DNA of 64,000 bases from Phoronis australis (Eukaryota > Animalia > Phoronida): assembly GCA_002633005.1 (NCBI GenBank), contig NMRA01000042.1, positions 761,648 through 825,647 on the forward strand, given 5' to 3'. Shown here in pieces: positions 1 through 13,369 of this stretch (its first letter is position 1; each line of letters opens with the position of its first letter). Under the pieces are notes generated by a model. That model was not told the origin of the DNA and made no database searches. It saw only the letters and a list, made by a program, of their open reading frames with translations. The translations under genes and the position numbers were made by a program.

Positions 1-1018
1 TTGCAAATACAGATATGAGAGCGCATTGGTACATCGACAATAACAAAGTTTGTTCAGATATGATAAAACATATTGCTAGATATAGAACTTGCCTGAGTTG
101 CTTTCACTGGAATCACTTCCCAAAAATTTTGACACTAATATATAATCAATCATTAGAAAAAGTCCTAACTTGTGCAAAAACAATGCTGCTTCTTTCTGTT
201 ATTCTGCATTTAAATTTGTGGAGCCATTGTTTGAGTTAGCTCTGAGCCAGCTGATTCTTCAATAAAGTCCTCTCTTCACAAAGTTATCCAAATTGGTCCC
301 ACTTTTGAACTATTAGGTGTTTCTTTTAATCGTTCCTTACACAGGACAAGATGAGTGCCAAAGAAATGAAAAAGTTAGAACACCTTTCAGACCCGGTGTC
401 CCAGAGGGTTACGTGTATAAGCTTCGTGTTTGTTTCACCGCAAATTAGAATTTTAGTGGACTGAACGAACATCACTTTTGAGACCGAGTCCTCGTTTACA
501 GCTCCCGGATTCAATTATGCAGCTGGCTGGCTATTGAGATACATGCTTGCACCAACTAGATTTCTTCTACAGAAACGCAAAATGACCATGAACTTGGCTT
601 GGTGGTAACAATTAGAATGTAAACAATCCGTCACGCTGTAGAAGCCCAGTTTCCAAGAGAAAGTATTCCTGAGTTCTATATTAAGAATGGCCTATTGAAG
701 ATGCTTTTAAGGCTTTGAAAGGAGTGACAGTTCATTACTGTTGGAGACAAGGCTCTACAGACGACTTGTCACCAAGTCTTATGCGCTTAATTAATCAAAG
801 AAAGGAACTGCCAGTTCCTTTCAAGTCCAGATATCACATTCTACAAACTAACCAAACTGTGGTCAGTTTTGTATCACTAAGTGATTTGAAAAATAAAAAA
901 ATTCTTCTTGAACAAAACACCAGAAAATAGCTGATTAAGATGAATACCTGGTTAGAAGGCAGAGAGATCAGCCAATTACAAACCAAGCAGAAAAAGCACT
1001 CGAAATTTTCATCCTTAC

Positions 1019-1249
1019 CTGTATGGATAATCTTACGCTCTCTGACAAGCTGCTCGAGTGTCTCATAAATGATTTGATCCGGTGGGGTACACATCTCTTT
1101 GTAAGAGGATTTCAACCTATTTCTGATCCCATCCAGTGTGGGTGGTTCCTGAGAGCTCGCCAAATCATGGATGACGATACACAGTGCATCCGGCAGTGGA
1201 ATGAACTGGCTCTGAGTGACTGGCTGCATCAGTATATCACCAATTTCAC
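1019..1249 (-). CDS. STOX1: Storkhead-box protein (STOX1-like), coding exon 2, winged-helix domain; gene continues beyond the left edge of the window
   Basis: Acceptor TTTGCAG|GT at 1250/1249 and donor G|GTAAGG at 1019/1018. The exon is 231 nt, phase 1-1, and in frame with exon 1. It encodes MQPVTQSQFIPLPDALCIVIHDL...YETLEQLVRERKIIHTG, matching the storkhead motif (MNPITQSQFVPLGEVLC...LIKERKIYHTG). Confidence 0.93.
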
Positions 1250-3348
1250 CTGCAAAGGTAGTATCCATGTAGTGAGAGCTCTTAAAGTGGAACTTGCACG
1301 CTAATTCCCTATCTCCCTTACTGCTTACTCAAATTAGAACAAGAAGTATGAAATGAGCAATTTGAATCTCTGAATAATAACTCACAGTATAAGCCATGCC
1401 TTGAACAGTATTCTGATGTGATTGAAAAAGGAAATGACTGGATAATGGACCTGGTAAGATCAACATCCCAGATTAAATTCTCTCTCTTAGTGAGGTAGAA
1501 AAATTATTTCATGAGTGACCTAGTTTTCAAAAGGTATGGTTGCTAAAATACCACTGAACGAAGTTGGACAAGTGAACAATGATTGATCTCACCTCACTAG
1601 CTTTTTAATGCTTACGTCTCCATGGCAACTCACCATCCAACAATGAAACTTAATCACCATCAAAAGAGCAAATGACTAAATCAACGAATGCAAAATAGTG
1701 ATTAGCACCACAGCAGTGTTCAACTGAAGGACAAGCATCCTATGGATATGCAAGATTCTGCATAAATGCCACAATAAGAGAGGGCGCTGCAGGTAGCTAT
1801 TGCCCAGGTTTCAGTGGGGTTCATGATTGGCAATGTATCAGTCAACATGCATTTTCGTACAAAAGGCAGTCATTATAGCTCGTTCTGGCTGTTATGCTCG
1901 GCGCTCGCTAGCACTTTGGCTTGTCGTGAAAATGACAGTTGATGAGTTGCAAGAGTCAAATTTGCTGGCACTTTGTAGGCAGTCAGCATAATGCAGGTAC
2001 AGGTTTACTTCAAGACACACATAAACAGGGCATTGTTGTTACATTAATCACTTTTTAGTTTATTACAACCAGTGAACTGTGCTTAAGCTGTTCATAGTCA
2101 AAGTGTCACTGGCTGAACGCGTGAGCAAAAACTTAAGCTTTGCGCTAGTTATCAGATATGTATAAAACCACCATTTATCTAATTTATCTAATCCTTCCTT
2201 TACATCACAATCATGAATTCAACATTCAAAAAAACAAGAAAAATAGGAGAAAAGCGAAAGTTTCTTTGCTTAACGGACATCAATGTGACCCATGAATATA
2301 CCTAGCACCAGTGTGCCGTGTTCATCAACACGAGAGTTTTGTGTCAAAACATATTAGCGCTTCTCTGATGTCCCGAGGGAAAGTCAAAAAACCCACAACG
2401 TGGTCAAATACTGAGTTGTCACAATCAATACAATACATAAGATATTTTTGTACAGACTTAACTCTGGTCTGAGCGGAGTGTCGACTGCGAAGTTAACTAA
2501 ACCGTTCATACTGGCTTCGGTAGTTAACGGACTTTGAAGTAAATGGTAGGTGACATTGCTGTCATCAAAGTAATCGCAAGGTAGCGCTGCACGCTAAGAT
2601 TTTTTAAAAAAGACAATTTGGGAACATTTACATGTGCTAATTGACACAAAACTTATTTTTAATTTGATGGGTGATTACTAGAGCAAAATATAAGCAACTA
2701 TTAGCCACAGCACTACCCTGTAATTGTTGATGATAACAGTGGCATCTGGCGATAACTTTGATGGGACCAAAGTTGACCGTTCATACTGCACCGCAGCGTC
2801 AACTCGACACTCGCTCTTAAAATCTCCCTGTTCAATCCAGGACCAAAGTTAAGCATTCATATTGACCACAACTCCACAAAACATTGACACTTGGATGTCA
2901 GTATGAAAGGCTGTATATAAATTCTTTATCATGTGCCATAAACCACGGGGGGGGGGGAATGAGCGGCAATTCCGACGATTGATTGTCCCAAATCTATGTA
3001 GTATACATTGACCAATAAATGCTCTAACTTAAGATGACTTAATTAACATATTGTCAGATGGAGTTTGCAGGGGTTTTAATTTGACAGTGGGTTGTTTTTT
3101 TTTTGGGGGGGGGTTATATGAAACTAGTGATTTTAAGCATTCAAAAGTGGTGCACTAGATGCCCTAGTATAAGTTGTTCTAGGATAAGTCTGTGCATGGA
3201 CGGAATTTACACTAGGTCCACATCTGTGGCAGAAACACTAGCCATTTTTCAGTGGCAAAAGCGCTAGCATTTTAGCCTACAGAGGTGACAACTGATGTCA
3301 ACTAAGAGCATGCTTACTTATTACTGACAACCAGAGCATGCTTACTTA

Positions 3349-3515
3349 CCGTAATCGTTCGGGTTAACGCCCATGCTCAGTTAACCGCCAACCCCCGACT
3401 TCAAGTGGATTTTCGATTTAACCGCCCACTACTCAGTTAAGCGCCCCCCAGCGATTTTTGAAGATTTCCAGTTAAGCGCCCACCTCTCGGTTAAGCGCCC
3501 ATCCCCGACTTTTAA
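3349..3515. repeat. Left end of a TA|CCGTA-type (mariner-like) element with clustered TTAA(C/G)CGCCC subterminal repeats
   Basis: About six copies of TTAA(C/G)CGCC(C) lie within ~150 bp after TACCGTA. The right end is probably lost in the 4170-4335 gap. Confidence 0.5.
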
Positions 3516-4169
3516 AGAATGAAGATTTAGCGCCTAGTGCTAAGGAAACGCGCGATTCCCCGACTTTTAGAAAAAGATCGATGATCACAACGAGTGCAAC
3601 GACGCCGGGACTCCGAGACGGTGGTTTAGCAATCTGAATTACAATACAGGTAACGAGTTATTGTCTTGGGTCATGAACTCACTTCAAAATATAATACTTG
3701 AACCTTTTTGTCACGTTATTTTCTTCCCTTGTTTCCTAAATTTAAGAACGCCGCCGGCGTCAAAACCTCCGCTTTCAGCGACTTAGTCTGCCGCGCTGAG
3801 TTTCCGTCTGCAGTGCACTAGATAAAACATATATTCGAAAAAATCAGGCCAGAGAAATGTGACAATGGTTTTGCCAACCCTCCAAATTCTATTAAGGTGG
3901 GAAGCTCTCGTATTTTGAACAAATCTCACAACTCACGGAAAGATGTCAAATTCTCAATATTTCGATGAATATAACTGCGGATTATAGAGGATGTGGGGTG
4001 ACCGAAGGGACAGTACAAGTGCCTTTCGTTGCTGCCTGTCGATTTCTGAATTCAAACGTTGGCAATAATGTATGTTTGTGTATGATCTTGAAGTAATAAA
4101 AAACGGCTAGTCAAATTTTGTTTTTCACTTATTGCATCTCAGTCAAACTGGTTAGCAGATTTAACTAAT

Positions 4170-4335
4170 NNNNNNNNNNNNNNNNNNNNNNNNNNNNNNN
4201 NNNNNNNNNNNNNNNNNNNNNNNNNNNNNNNNNNNNNNNNNNNNNNNNNNNNNNNNNNNNNNNNNNNNNNNNNNNNNNNNNNNNNNNNNNNNNNNNNNNN
4301 NNNNNNNNNNNNNNNNNNNNNNNNNNNNNNNNNNN
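4170..4335. other. Assembly gap
   Basis: N run. Confidence 1.
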
Positions 4336-5504
4336 GTGTGTCACTTTCATTTTACACAACTTCAGTTTTCAAAAACGTCTTTTCACAACATGTAAAAACC
4401 AAATCCCGGCTTTGTTTTATACCTCGGAAAGAAAATTAACACTAGTGACATGCGTGTCGTTTTGCGACTGACCTATTTTTCCCGTACTTGGAAGGTATTG
4501 AAGAGCAAACTCGCGATTACCCGAGTTAGTTTGAATCGTTAACGACTTTGATGACGGCCAGTAGAAGACCAGATCTAACAAAATCCCGGATACTTTTTCA
4601 ACGGGCATTTTCTCCCTTTTCACATCGCAAATTTAGCTACTCGAATGCACGAGTCAGTTAGAGAGCACTGATTCAACTTTCACGCCGGCAACTTGCCTTG
4701 CGCTCTAGAGACTTTCAAAAGCGGTCATGAAGAACAGTAAGGCCGTACCCGCATGAATAAAGTCAATTTTGAAATCCGAAATTTGTGAGTATTTAACGCT
4801 GCAGGTAAGAGCATAATCTAAACATTTTCCCGATGATCTAAAAAATCTATTTTGGCGCGTAAAAATGGCGGGAAAATTTTGCGACCTGGCATTTACAAAT
4901 GCGAGCTGGATTTTGAAAATGCGACCTGGGATTTTGGCTAGGTCGCAAAATGCGACCTGGCGATTTTATTAGCGTCGAGCCCTGATCATGTTGTATCCAT
5001 TCTGTTGTAAATTTTCAAAATGAAATACAATCCAACACCTACTTCATGTTTGTTGGCTAAAAAAGCGCCCGAAATCCAGTTAGGATACCAGGCTCATAAG
5101 TTATTTCCTCAGGACTTTAATTTTTCACATCAATATTCACTTTTTTTACAATAATCTGACAAAAAATATTCAAATGTAAATGCAATGGCACAGAAGTTGT
5201 AATCCATTTATAAAATACATAAGTATTATCTTTACGAAAACATTGAAAAGACTTTATACTTCAGTGATTTCTACAGAGTAGACTACCAGGGTAGTATGGT
5301 TTGGTAGTAATCTAAAGGCACCTAAACAAGAGGACATAATGCACTGAGGTCAGTGGGTGCATCTCTTGTTTGTTTTGAAAAGGAGCTGGTTACAGAAAAA
5401 TATCCTGTTATAGTGTTCAGAGGGCAAACCAGCTACCACAGTCAAGGCGAATGTGCGATGTCCGAAAAATAAGCTGAACTATGAAAACCTGATGCAATCA
5501 TCTA

Positions 5505-7003
5505 CCGTGTTTGCCCAATAACTGCCCAGGCGCTCAGAAATGTTCATTTCAGGGGGGCACTTATTGTAACACAAGGCAGTTGAAACCCGGTCTCCGAAAC
5601 AAGTGAAATCGGAAGCTAAGATTCATCATAATTACGCTCCACAACGTATCTGTAACCTATGACAGACTTTCTACAAAATTGTGGTGCATTGCTATCAAAC
5701 TTTGCAGTTAAATTACGATCATTTTGCAGGAAATTGTACTGAAATCCCAAGGCGAAAATTCGCCGACTGACTGCCTCGCAATCGTCGATATGGCGACTTG
5801 AATGCTTGAATAAACATACAGTTTCGACTCAAGCAAATTACCTGAAATCCTCCAAATTTTCCAAATAGCGTCCCTATGATTTTTAAGTTCTTGTGGAGTC
5901 GGGATTAACGGCAGGTAAAGTACAAATCTGTGCTACGTCGTACCATCTATGATCGGCAACAAGAGAAAAATCTATGGACAAACACACATGTTGTTGTCAC
6001 GTGATGTTTGTTTTGAAGTTCCTCAGCTTGTGTGAGTAAACGAGCGCATGCATGTCACCAGAGTTCATTTGCCAGAGTAAACGCAATCTAAGGAGCTAGA
6101 TGTGCATTGTATCTAAAGAAATTTGCACATCAGTAGACCATTATAAAGCAGAACCTGTTTCATTGAGCACTTGTCAGTCTTGTGTGCTAAAAACATTCAA
6201 CATTTGTCTCAGTAAGGCCCGTATTAGTCACCGTGTGGCTGGATTCGTACGTGACAATCTGACAGTTATTTTTCGGTGTAAGGGTATGTAAGCATTCACT
6301 GTCACTCTGTCAGTGGTCATTTTATCGGATATTTGGCTTAAAAACACCAATTATGATTAATCAAACAATCCCTCTAAAAATATTTTTTATAGTATTTGGA
6401 ACTATCGAAAATTAGTGCCAATATTCAACTCTTGCCAATGCTATGCTACTTGTTTCATGAATGGATAGTTCCCGACCAATGTCTTTGATAACAGGAACAT
6501 GTATGCAGTGCGCGCTTTCTGGCCACGTCACGTGCTTTTAACACTGACCAAGTTATTTTATTAGTCTTTGATTCGTAGTTTTCACGCGTATAAGAAATTT
6601 GGATTACTGTTGAGGGCGGGAAATATCCACATTGACAATAAAATTCAATAAGTACACTACGCCTGTTCTGAAAGGCCAGACCATAGTGGGACACATTCCT
6701 CGCAAGATCAGCAAAACTTTTGCGTTCATTTTGAGGCACGGCAGAAGTATGAAGTGTATATGGTAGTCATGGCGAAATACCGACATAGCAGCTAGGCTCG
6801 TGGTCAACAAATTCCGCACACAATGATTTTTTTAGGACTGTTGGATATTATTGATAAATTGAAGACGTTACTGTAGAATTTTAGGACTGTAGGTAAGGCA
6901 TTTTTCGCATGTACACGTTCATGGGCTGAGCACTTAGTTTAGCAAAATCCGAAAACACGTGGGGTCGTTATAGGAGCGTGGGCGGTTATTAAGGCGAATA
7001 AAG
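5505..7003. mobile_element. Old Tc1/mariner-type non-autonomous element
   Basis: TA-flanked degenerate TIRs: TA|CCGTGTTTGCCCAATAACTGCCCA on the left and TGGGCGGTTATTAAGGCGAATAAAG|TA on the right. Confidence 0.45.
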
Positions 7004-8393
7004 TATTTGTCGAAGAGTCTATTGGCTTCTGACTTCAGTTAAAAATCAGAAATTCGACTACAAATGGAAAAAAGTTGACTTTTTATCTTTTGCATTTCTT
7101 GAAATGTTTGATCTTCTGTATATTCAATCAGACTACGGTTGTATTTTTGTCTTTTGACTTTGAATTGCAGACAGATTTTCTGTAACAGGCCAAGCCATCC
7201 TTATACTGGTTTTTAGCCGAGTTTCACAAAATGGTCAGACTGGAAGTCAACTAGTTTCACTAAAATCAGGCTAAGTCTGACAGTCATAAGACAGAAATCC
7301 ATTATGTGCTCAAAATGGCACAAGACACAAGTTTTGAGAAATGCATTTTGATAAGCGCTCAGAGGACTGCCTCTGAGTGACAGCTCATATGAGCCCCTGA
7401 GCGACACTTGGCAAAATTAATTGAAAAGATGACGATGGACATGATGACGACGATGATTATGGAAGCGATGATGAACATGATAACATTCATATTACGAACC
7501 AACCAAGATGTCACAAATGAGTAAGAAATAGGCTATAGTCTTGTTCAACAGAAGGTAAACCAACAACAGTGTAGCAAAATCGGAACAGCATAATCACAAA
7601 ATCTCAAAGAATTCAAAAAGAAAACACCTTAGCGAAAAGTGGAAAATACCTTCTAAAAAACCCATTCAAAAGTCTATCTAACAATTCAGTGTTTTGAAAT
7701 TCTGTAATTTTTTCGAAAAATTTTAAACTTTTGCATTTTTCTGAAATTCAAAGGCAAAGAACTCAAAAACGGGAAGTCTGAGAAAAAAATTGTTAAATGT
7801 CATTTGAAAGAGTATACCTCGAAGAGTCCACATGCAAAAATTCACGTCATTTGCTCCTCCCCTTAAAAATGGCACCAGAGCACGATTGAAAATGAGTGAA
7901 AATGCGCCAGATCCGCCATCTTGACATCAACTACCGGTTAAGTATCAAATAATATAAGCAACTCATAAGAAACTAACACATGAAAAACTTCAAAGCAGTT
8001 GGTCCAACAATGTGCCCTCAACAGGACAAAACGCTTTTGTCCCAAAATTGAGCACTGGTCGATATTACCGACATCTTTGACTGGAAGTTAATGATACCCA
8101 GCAAATATATAGTATATGCCTATTGCTATAATCCTACTGATTTTCAGTGGTGTACGTAAAAAATTGCAGACTCTATGAGCATTTGAATCTGAAATCCGAA
8201 ACAAAATGGCCACCACGTCCGCCATCTTGGATCGAATCATGACGAAAAACAATAGACTTCCAGTACTTCTGGGACTATGGGTTGTGTGTGAATTTTGTAG
8301 GAATCTGACGAAAAATGCGACCTGTAGAGCATGAACAAAAAAAAACTTGATGTCAAAGCAACATACTTGCCGAAATTCATTTCGCCAAGTAAT

Positions 8394-9820
8394 AACAAGA
8401 GCAACGCAGAGCGTTGAAATGCACCCACGAATGCATCGCAAATGGTGTGCTTTTGGGGTTATTTATTTGTATCATAAAAATAGCCACTAGATGGTGCAAA
8501 AATGTACAATCCATCAAAAAACGATAACATGCCACATTTCATAAAATTGTCAAGAACTTCAGAGAAATAAAGGAAAACAGAACAAAATGAAATTGCCACT
8601 TGTGGGCACAGCGTCCGTTCCATCTGCCCGAAAGTCGCTGTCTGTTGTTATCTTCATATAAATTCACTTACTAAATTTAATGAAGAAACTGCAGTGGGCT
8701 TTGGAGATATAATTATGGGCGCAAAACAAAATAAAACTACCACAAGGAGGCGCCACAGTAGTCAGTCGCCATCATCAAACGCCCTCTTCACACTGAAAAC
8801 ATATATCCCAATTTTCAAAACCATACCTAAAATGATTTGGTTGATCGAGGGGTGGACGCCAAAAAACAAGATTTGAAAACAGCAAAAAAAATGGCCACGA
8901 GGTGGCGCAAAATACCTCGATTCATCCAAAAACAAGATGATAGCATCATCTCAGTAACAGATGCCTATATATTCAAAATTTTATGAAAATCTGTTGAGGA
9001 CCTTTGAAGATACAGACTGGTAGACGTAAAAAACTAAAATAGCCACGAAGAGGCACACCACTAGTCAGATCCGTCCGAAAGTCATCGTCATCCATTGACA
9101 ACATCATATAAATACACTTGCTAAATTAAGTAAAGATCCTGCAAACGGTTTAATAGATACAGCCATGAGCGGAGGCGCCAAAGTAGTCGAACTTGTCGGA
9201 AAATCGTCGTCAGCCGTCTACTTCATAGCAAAATCATACATGCAAATTTTCACAATTATCCTAAAAGTGGTTTGGTTGATAGACGAGTGGACGCCAAAAA
9301 AGACTCGAAAAAAGTTAAAATGGCCCCTAGGTGGCGCAAACTAGGTCGAATCCATCTGAAAACGGAGAGATAGCGTCATCTCATTAACATATGCCTCTAT
9401 GCCATATTCTATGAAAATACGTTGAGGACCTCTGAACATACAGAGTTAAACGTAAAAAAACTAGAATTGCCACTCGGTGGCACACCAGTACTCAGATCCG
9501 TCTGAAAGTCGTCGTCCTCCCTAGTTAACATCATATAAATATACTTACTAAATTTAGTAAAGATCCTGCGAACGGTTTAGGGGATATAGCCATAGGCGCA
9601 AAAAAACAAAACTGCCACTAGGAGGCACCACAGTAGTCAAAGTCGTTTGAAAATCATCGCCAGCCGTCCACTTCATAGTAACGACATACATGCCAATTTT
9701 CACAACCATCATTTGAGCGGTTTGGTTGATAGAGGGGTGGACGCAAAAAAAACCGAAAACAGTAAAAATGGCCACTAGGTGGCGCAAACTACGTCAAATC
9801 CATCTGAAAATGGGAGGATT
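8394..9820 (+). mobile_element. HINE-like element copy in STOX intron 1, right end truncated
   Basis: Starts AACAAGAGCAACGCAGAGCGTTGAAATGCACCCAC and has about three ~440-bp units. Homology stops at ~9820, where another repeat begins. Confidence 0.8.
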
Positions 9821-10092
9821 AGCATTTCACGAGGAATTCAGAAATGCTATTGGTTTAAGCTCAAATATGTTACAACTTAACTTTCATTTTTATCAGACCA
9901 GCCCACTCAGACTAGATACGATCTGATTGGAGATTAGAGCAATTATCGAACAAGAGCGGAGGCCCTCCAACCATAAATGCCAGAATGGAGTAAATCAGTC
10001 GTGAAAGATATTGGCTATGGGGGTAAACTTCCCAACTTGTTGTTGGGCTATAGAATCAAACAAGTTGGGAGCAACGGGATGTCGCCGTCATG
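9821..10092. repeat. Partial copy of the 43830-44386 repeat
   Basis: GCATTT…CAGAAATGCTATTGGTTTAAGCTCAAATATG…GATGTCGCCGTCATG is shared with 44113-44385. Confidence 0.75.
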
Positions 10093-12888
10093 ATTTGAAA
10101 AAAGATGTGTCTATTGAGCGCCTCAGTATAAATTCCAAACAAGTGCTTCAGTAAGAATAATGTTTAAATACTTTTTAAACAAGTACGCCAAAAACAAACA
10201 ATTCCGATTGCTTTTGATCATGTTTACTACATGTATCAGGACTATTACTCCCAGATGTTTGTCAACCAAAGCAGGATTGCATACACACAAAGAGAGGAAA
10301 CTAGAGAAGAAGAATATAGTTTGGTGGGAGGGAAATTGGAATCTCATCTCACATACTGGTATACAGAACTCAAATTATATGAAGTCAACAGGTTCAACAA
10401 CAAACTAAATCCCCTTGAAAAGGTAAACCATTCATTTACTACCCAAACTGTTTGCTTCCCAGAAATCCAATATCTGTTCTGGACCCCATAGGATCCCATT
10501 CATCCCCAGTCAGTTATGAAGACCACTGTTGAGAGTGCGGTTTTACTTCATAGGGTGTAAGTAAACACAGGCCACATATTACCTGAGATAATCTTTCCAC
10601 TGAATGTAACATGTGATCTGCTTGCCCTCAAGTTAAACATTTTCTTTGAAGGTACATCACTTATCTATGTTAGCTTTGACGTAGGCAAAACTACCAAAAA
10701 CATCCCTTTGCCAATGACAAATTTAAACCTGCAGTTTCAAATTTCCCAGACACACTGTAATATCCACAATGTTTTAGACTCACTATAAAATTCCTTGCTC
10801 ATTTTTTTCCAGAAACACTTTTAGACTAAAATCAACAGAGCATAAATAACTAGTAAAAAAACTCTGGAATAATCATGAAAACCCATTAACCAGATACTAT
10901 AGGTTTAGTGTTGCTTCCACTAGCCGATATCTTTGATGCCCAAAGGCAATCACTTTTCATGTGCAGTCCTTTGACATACTTGAATAAAAATAACAAACAA
11001 TAGACACTTCACCTACTAAAAAAGCTTGTCAATAGCATTCACTGGTGGGGTACATAGGCATGTTTTCACGTCTGGTGTTTTGTACCTACAGACCGTACTA
11101 CAGTACCCCTTTGGACTTCACTTGACTGTAGTTAACTGGAGATGTGTTCATGTGTTTCTGGTCAGAAAAGTGCAATATTGCCAATATGAGTTAACACTTA
11201 CAGTGTACTTCCCAACCCATTTTGACTTGTGGCAATCTTATGGATTTTGCCTTGTATCAAGTTTGGCTCAGCTGTGTCAAATTTGAAAAACAATGCAGTA
11301 AGTTTGAACTCATAGGAAATACATTTAGCAAAGTTAGGCACTTTGAACATTTGGCACCAATTCAACATTGATTAACAGGTTTTACAAACAATTACAACGC
11401 ACTATGAATATGGAGTTCCAATCGCATACGAAAATTTTTGTAATTTCTAAAAAACTATAATTTTTGTTACCCCAGAGAAAATTACAAACTACACACCTTT
11501 GCTTAAAAGCCACTAAAATCAAGTTTAAATTATAACCAATAAACATTTTTTTCAATTACAAGTGTTAGCCAATATAAGCTGGACTCTTCGGCTTAGTATT
11601 TCGCCATTGTTAAGGTGCTCATATTCAATTTTCAATGGAACAGCTTTGCAGTTTAAAAACATTACCACGCTTGTCAGATCATGAATTATTGTTGAAGAAG
11701 CCAGCAACTTAAGTTATCTTGACAAGCAATGCATACATGTACCTTTTTCAAATTCGCAATTTTAAAGTTGCTGGCCAATGCCAATAAACTCTGGTCACTC
11801 GCGGTTTCGATGTTCTTGTTGGTAGGACAGAGCAAATCACAATACTATAAGACCAATTTTATTTACGTGTCAAAGGCCGAATTCCTTTTTCGCTTGTTAG
11901 CACTGAAGCAGGGTGTAGCCTAATGCAGCTCCAAATTCTAGTGTACTTTGTATGATACATCTGACACAGTCTGCTTGCCAACTCTACGCTTTTGACAGGA
12001 CAGTCCTGTTGTTTGAAGCTTTGTACCACATCCCACAACATCAGAATATTCCGCTTTCAAAAATTACACATTATTGTATGATTTTGTGCCATTTCACACA
12101 ATTCACCCCTACTTTCCCCATTGCATTTTGCATCCCGAACTTTTTAGTGTTCAAGTACAAAAAACAAAATTTACCAAAAAGGCAGTAACTGGACTAACAC
12201 TTCCATGATGTGATACATACTGTAAAATTTCAGCATCGCAAATCAACAACACAAACGCCCAAATTGTGCATTTGGGCCAGGAAACTAGTTCATAGAAAAC
12301 CTAATTCATTAAGTTATTCAGCCACAGGATATAAGCCAACCAACCATCCCTCAGTGTTTAGACAAGCTAATCCAGCTTACCTGAATATAACAAAGCAGAA
12401 ATAAATACAAACTTGCTTATTCAATAGAGAAAGGAGAAACAGGGTATTGTGCAATCAAGAATAATCATGTTATTATGAATGATTGCAGCACAAATTTGTA
12501 AATAAAATTCTGAAGCACAAGAGACACTGCATGTGACCACTGAATTCATACAAAAATTCAGTGAAACTTAACAGTTATCTACACAGTATTCAATGTAGTG
12601 CTAAATGTGGCAAGAATTAATTATTTCAAAATCGACAAATGTATGGCCAGTTAATATTTACTGGCAATAACATTGAATCCCGAAAACCATTCTTTTTGAC
12701 ACACATAGAATGGAAGTCGATGAATAACTTCGACAGGAAACAACTTCATACATTCTCAATGAATAGGCCTACAAACCCCCCTTGATTGAAATGCAATTGA
12801 AACAAAAACGTGTAAACTGCTCAACTCAAAGGTCTAGGGTACCAGAAAACAGCTCTGCATACTGAATCAGAGATGTGTAAGATGTTAC

Positions 12889-13369
12889 CTATGCTCTTGA
12901 TTGAGATTCCGTCTGGTGATTTCAGTAGTCTTTTACTCCAAGCAGACTTGAAAGCTTCAACATGTTCGCTTTGTCCACTGGCGAGGATGGTCTCATCCGC
13001 TAAACATCCACAATATTGCAGATTCCTCACAGCGTCCAAAAGACTAGCATTCCAGTAACACTGAGAGTTACATGCCTGGATACGCTTAAAAGTTTTAAAC
13101 CCGTCAAAATTAGACGAACACGCTTCCTCGAGATCTCCTACCGTGTGTTTGACATTGTTTTTAGCACCTGACTTCCCGTGATTCACGGCATGGTGATCCA
13201 GTCGAATTTCTTCTTGATTTGCCGCGGTTGACGACTTAGTCCTGTTGAGAATGTCTACTGAGATTGCGAGACATTTCGATGCCAACAAAACGTGATCTGA
13301 TGCGTTACTCGTGTCACGTTTTGTAGCCATGGTCAAGGCACCGCGCTTCTCTACAGTATCGCGGTCCAT
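12889..13369 (-). CDS. STOX1: Storkhead-box protein (STOX1-like), coding exon 1
   Basis: ATG at 13369. The translation (VLLASKCLAISV...GFKTFKRIQACNSQCYWNASLLDAVRNLQYCGCL...AFKSAWSKRLLKSPDGISIKSIG) matches the STOX1 N-terminus as I recall it (VQLAPGSLALVL...FRAFRRANARCFWNARL...AWRRRALRPPRGFRIRAVG). It ends at a phase-1 donor, G|GTAACA, at 12889/12888. Confidence 0.9.

Noticed and set aside
8394-9820. Regularly spaced CCACTAGG motifs as a CRISPR-like array
   Set aside because: The intervening sequences are themselves repeated (~450-bp period), spacing is ~150 bp, no cas genes are present and the context is eukaryotic.
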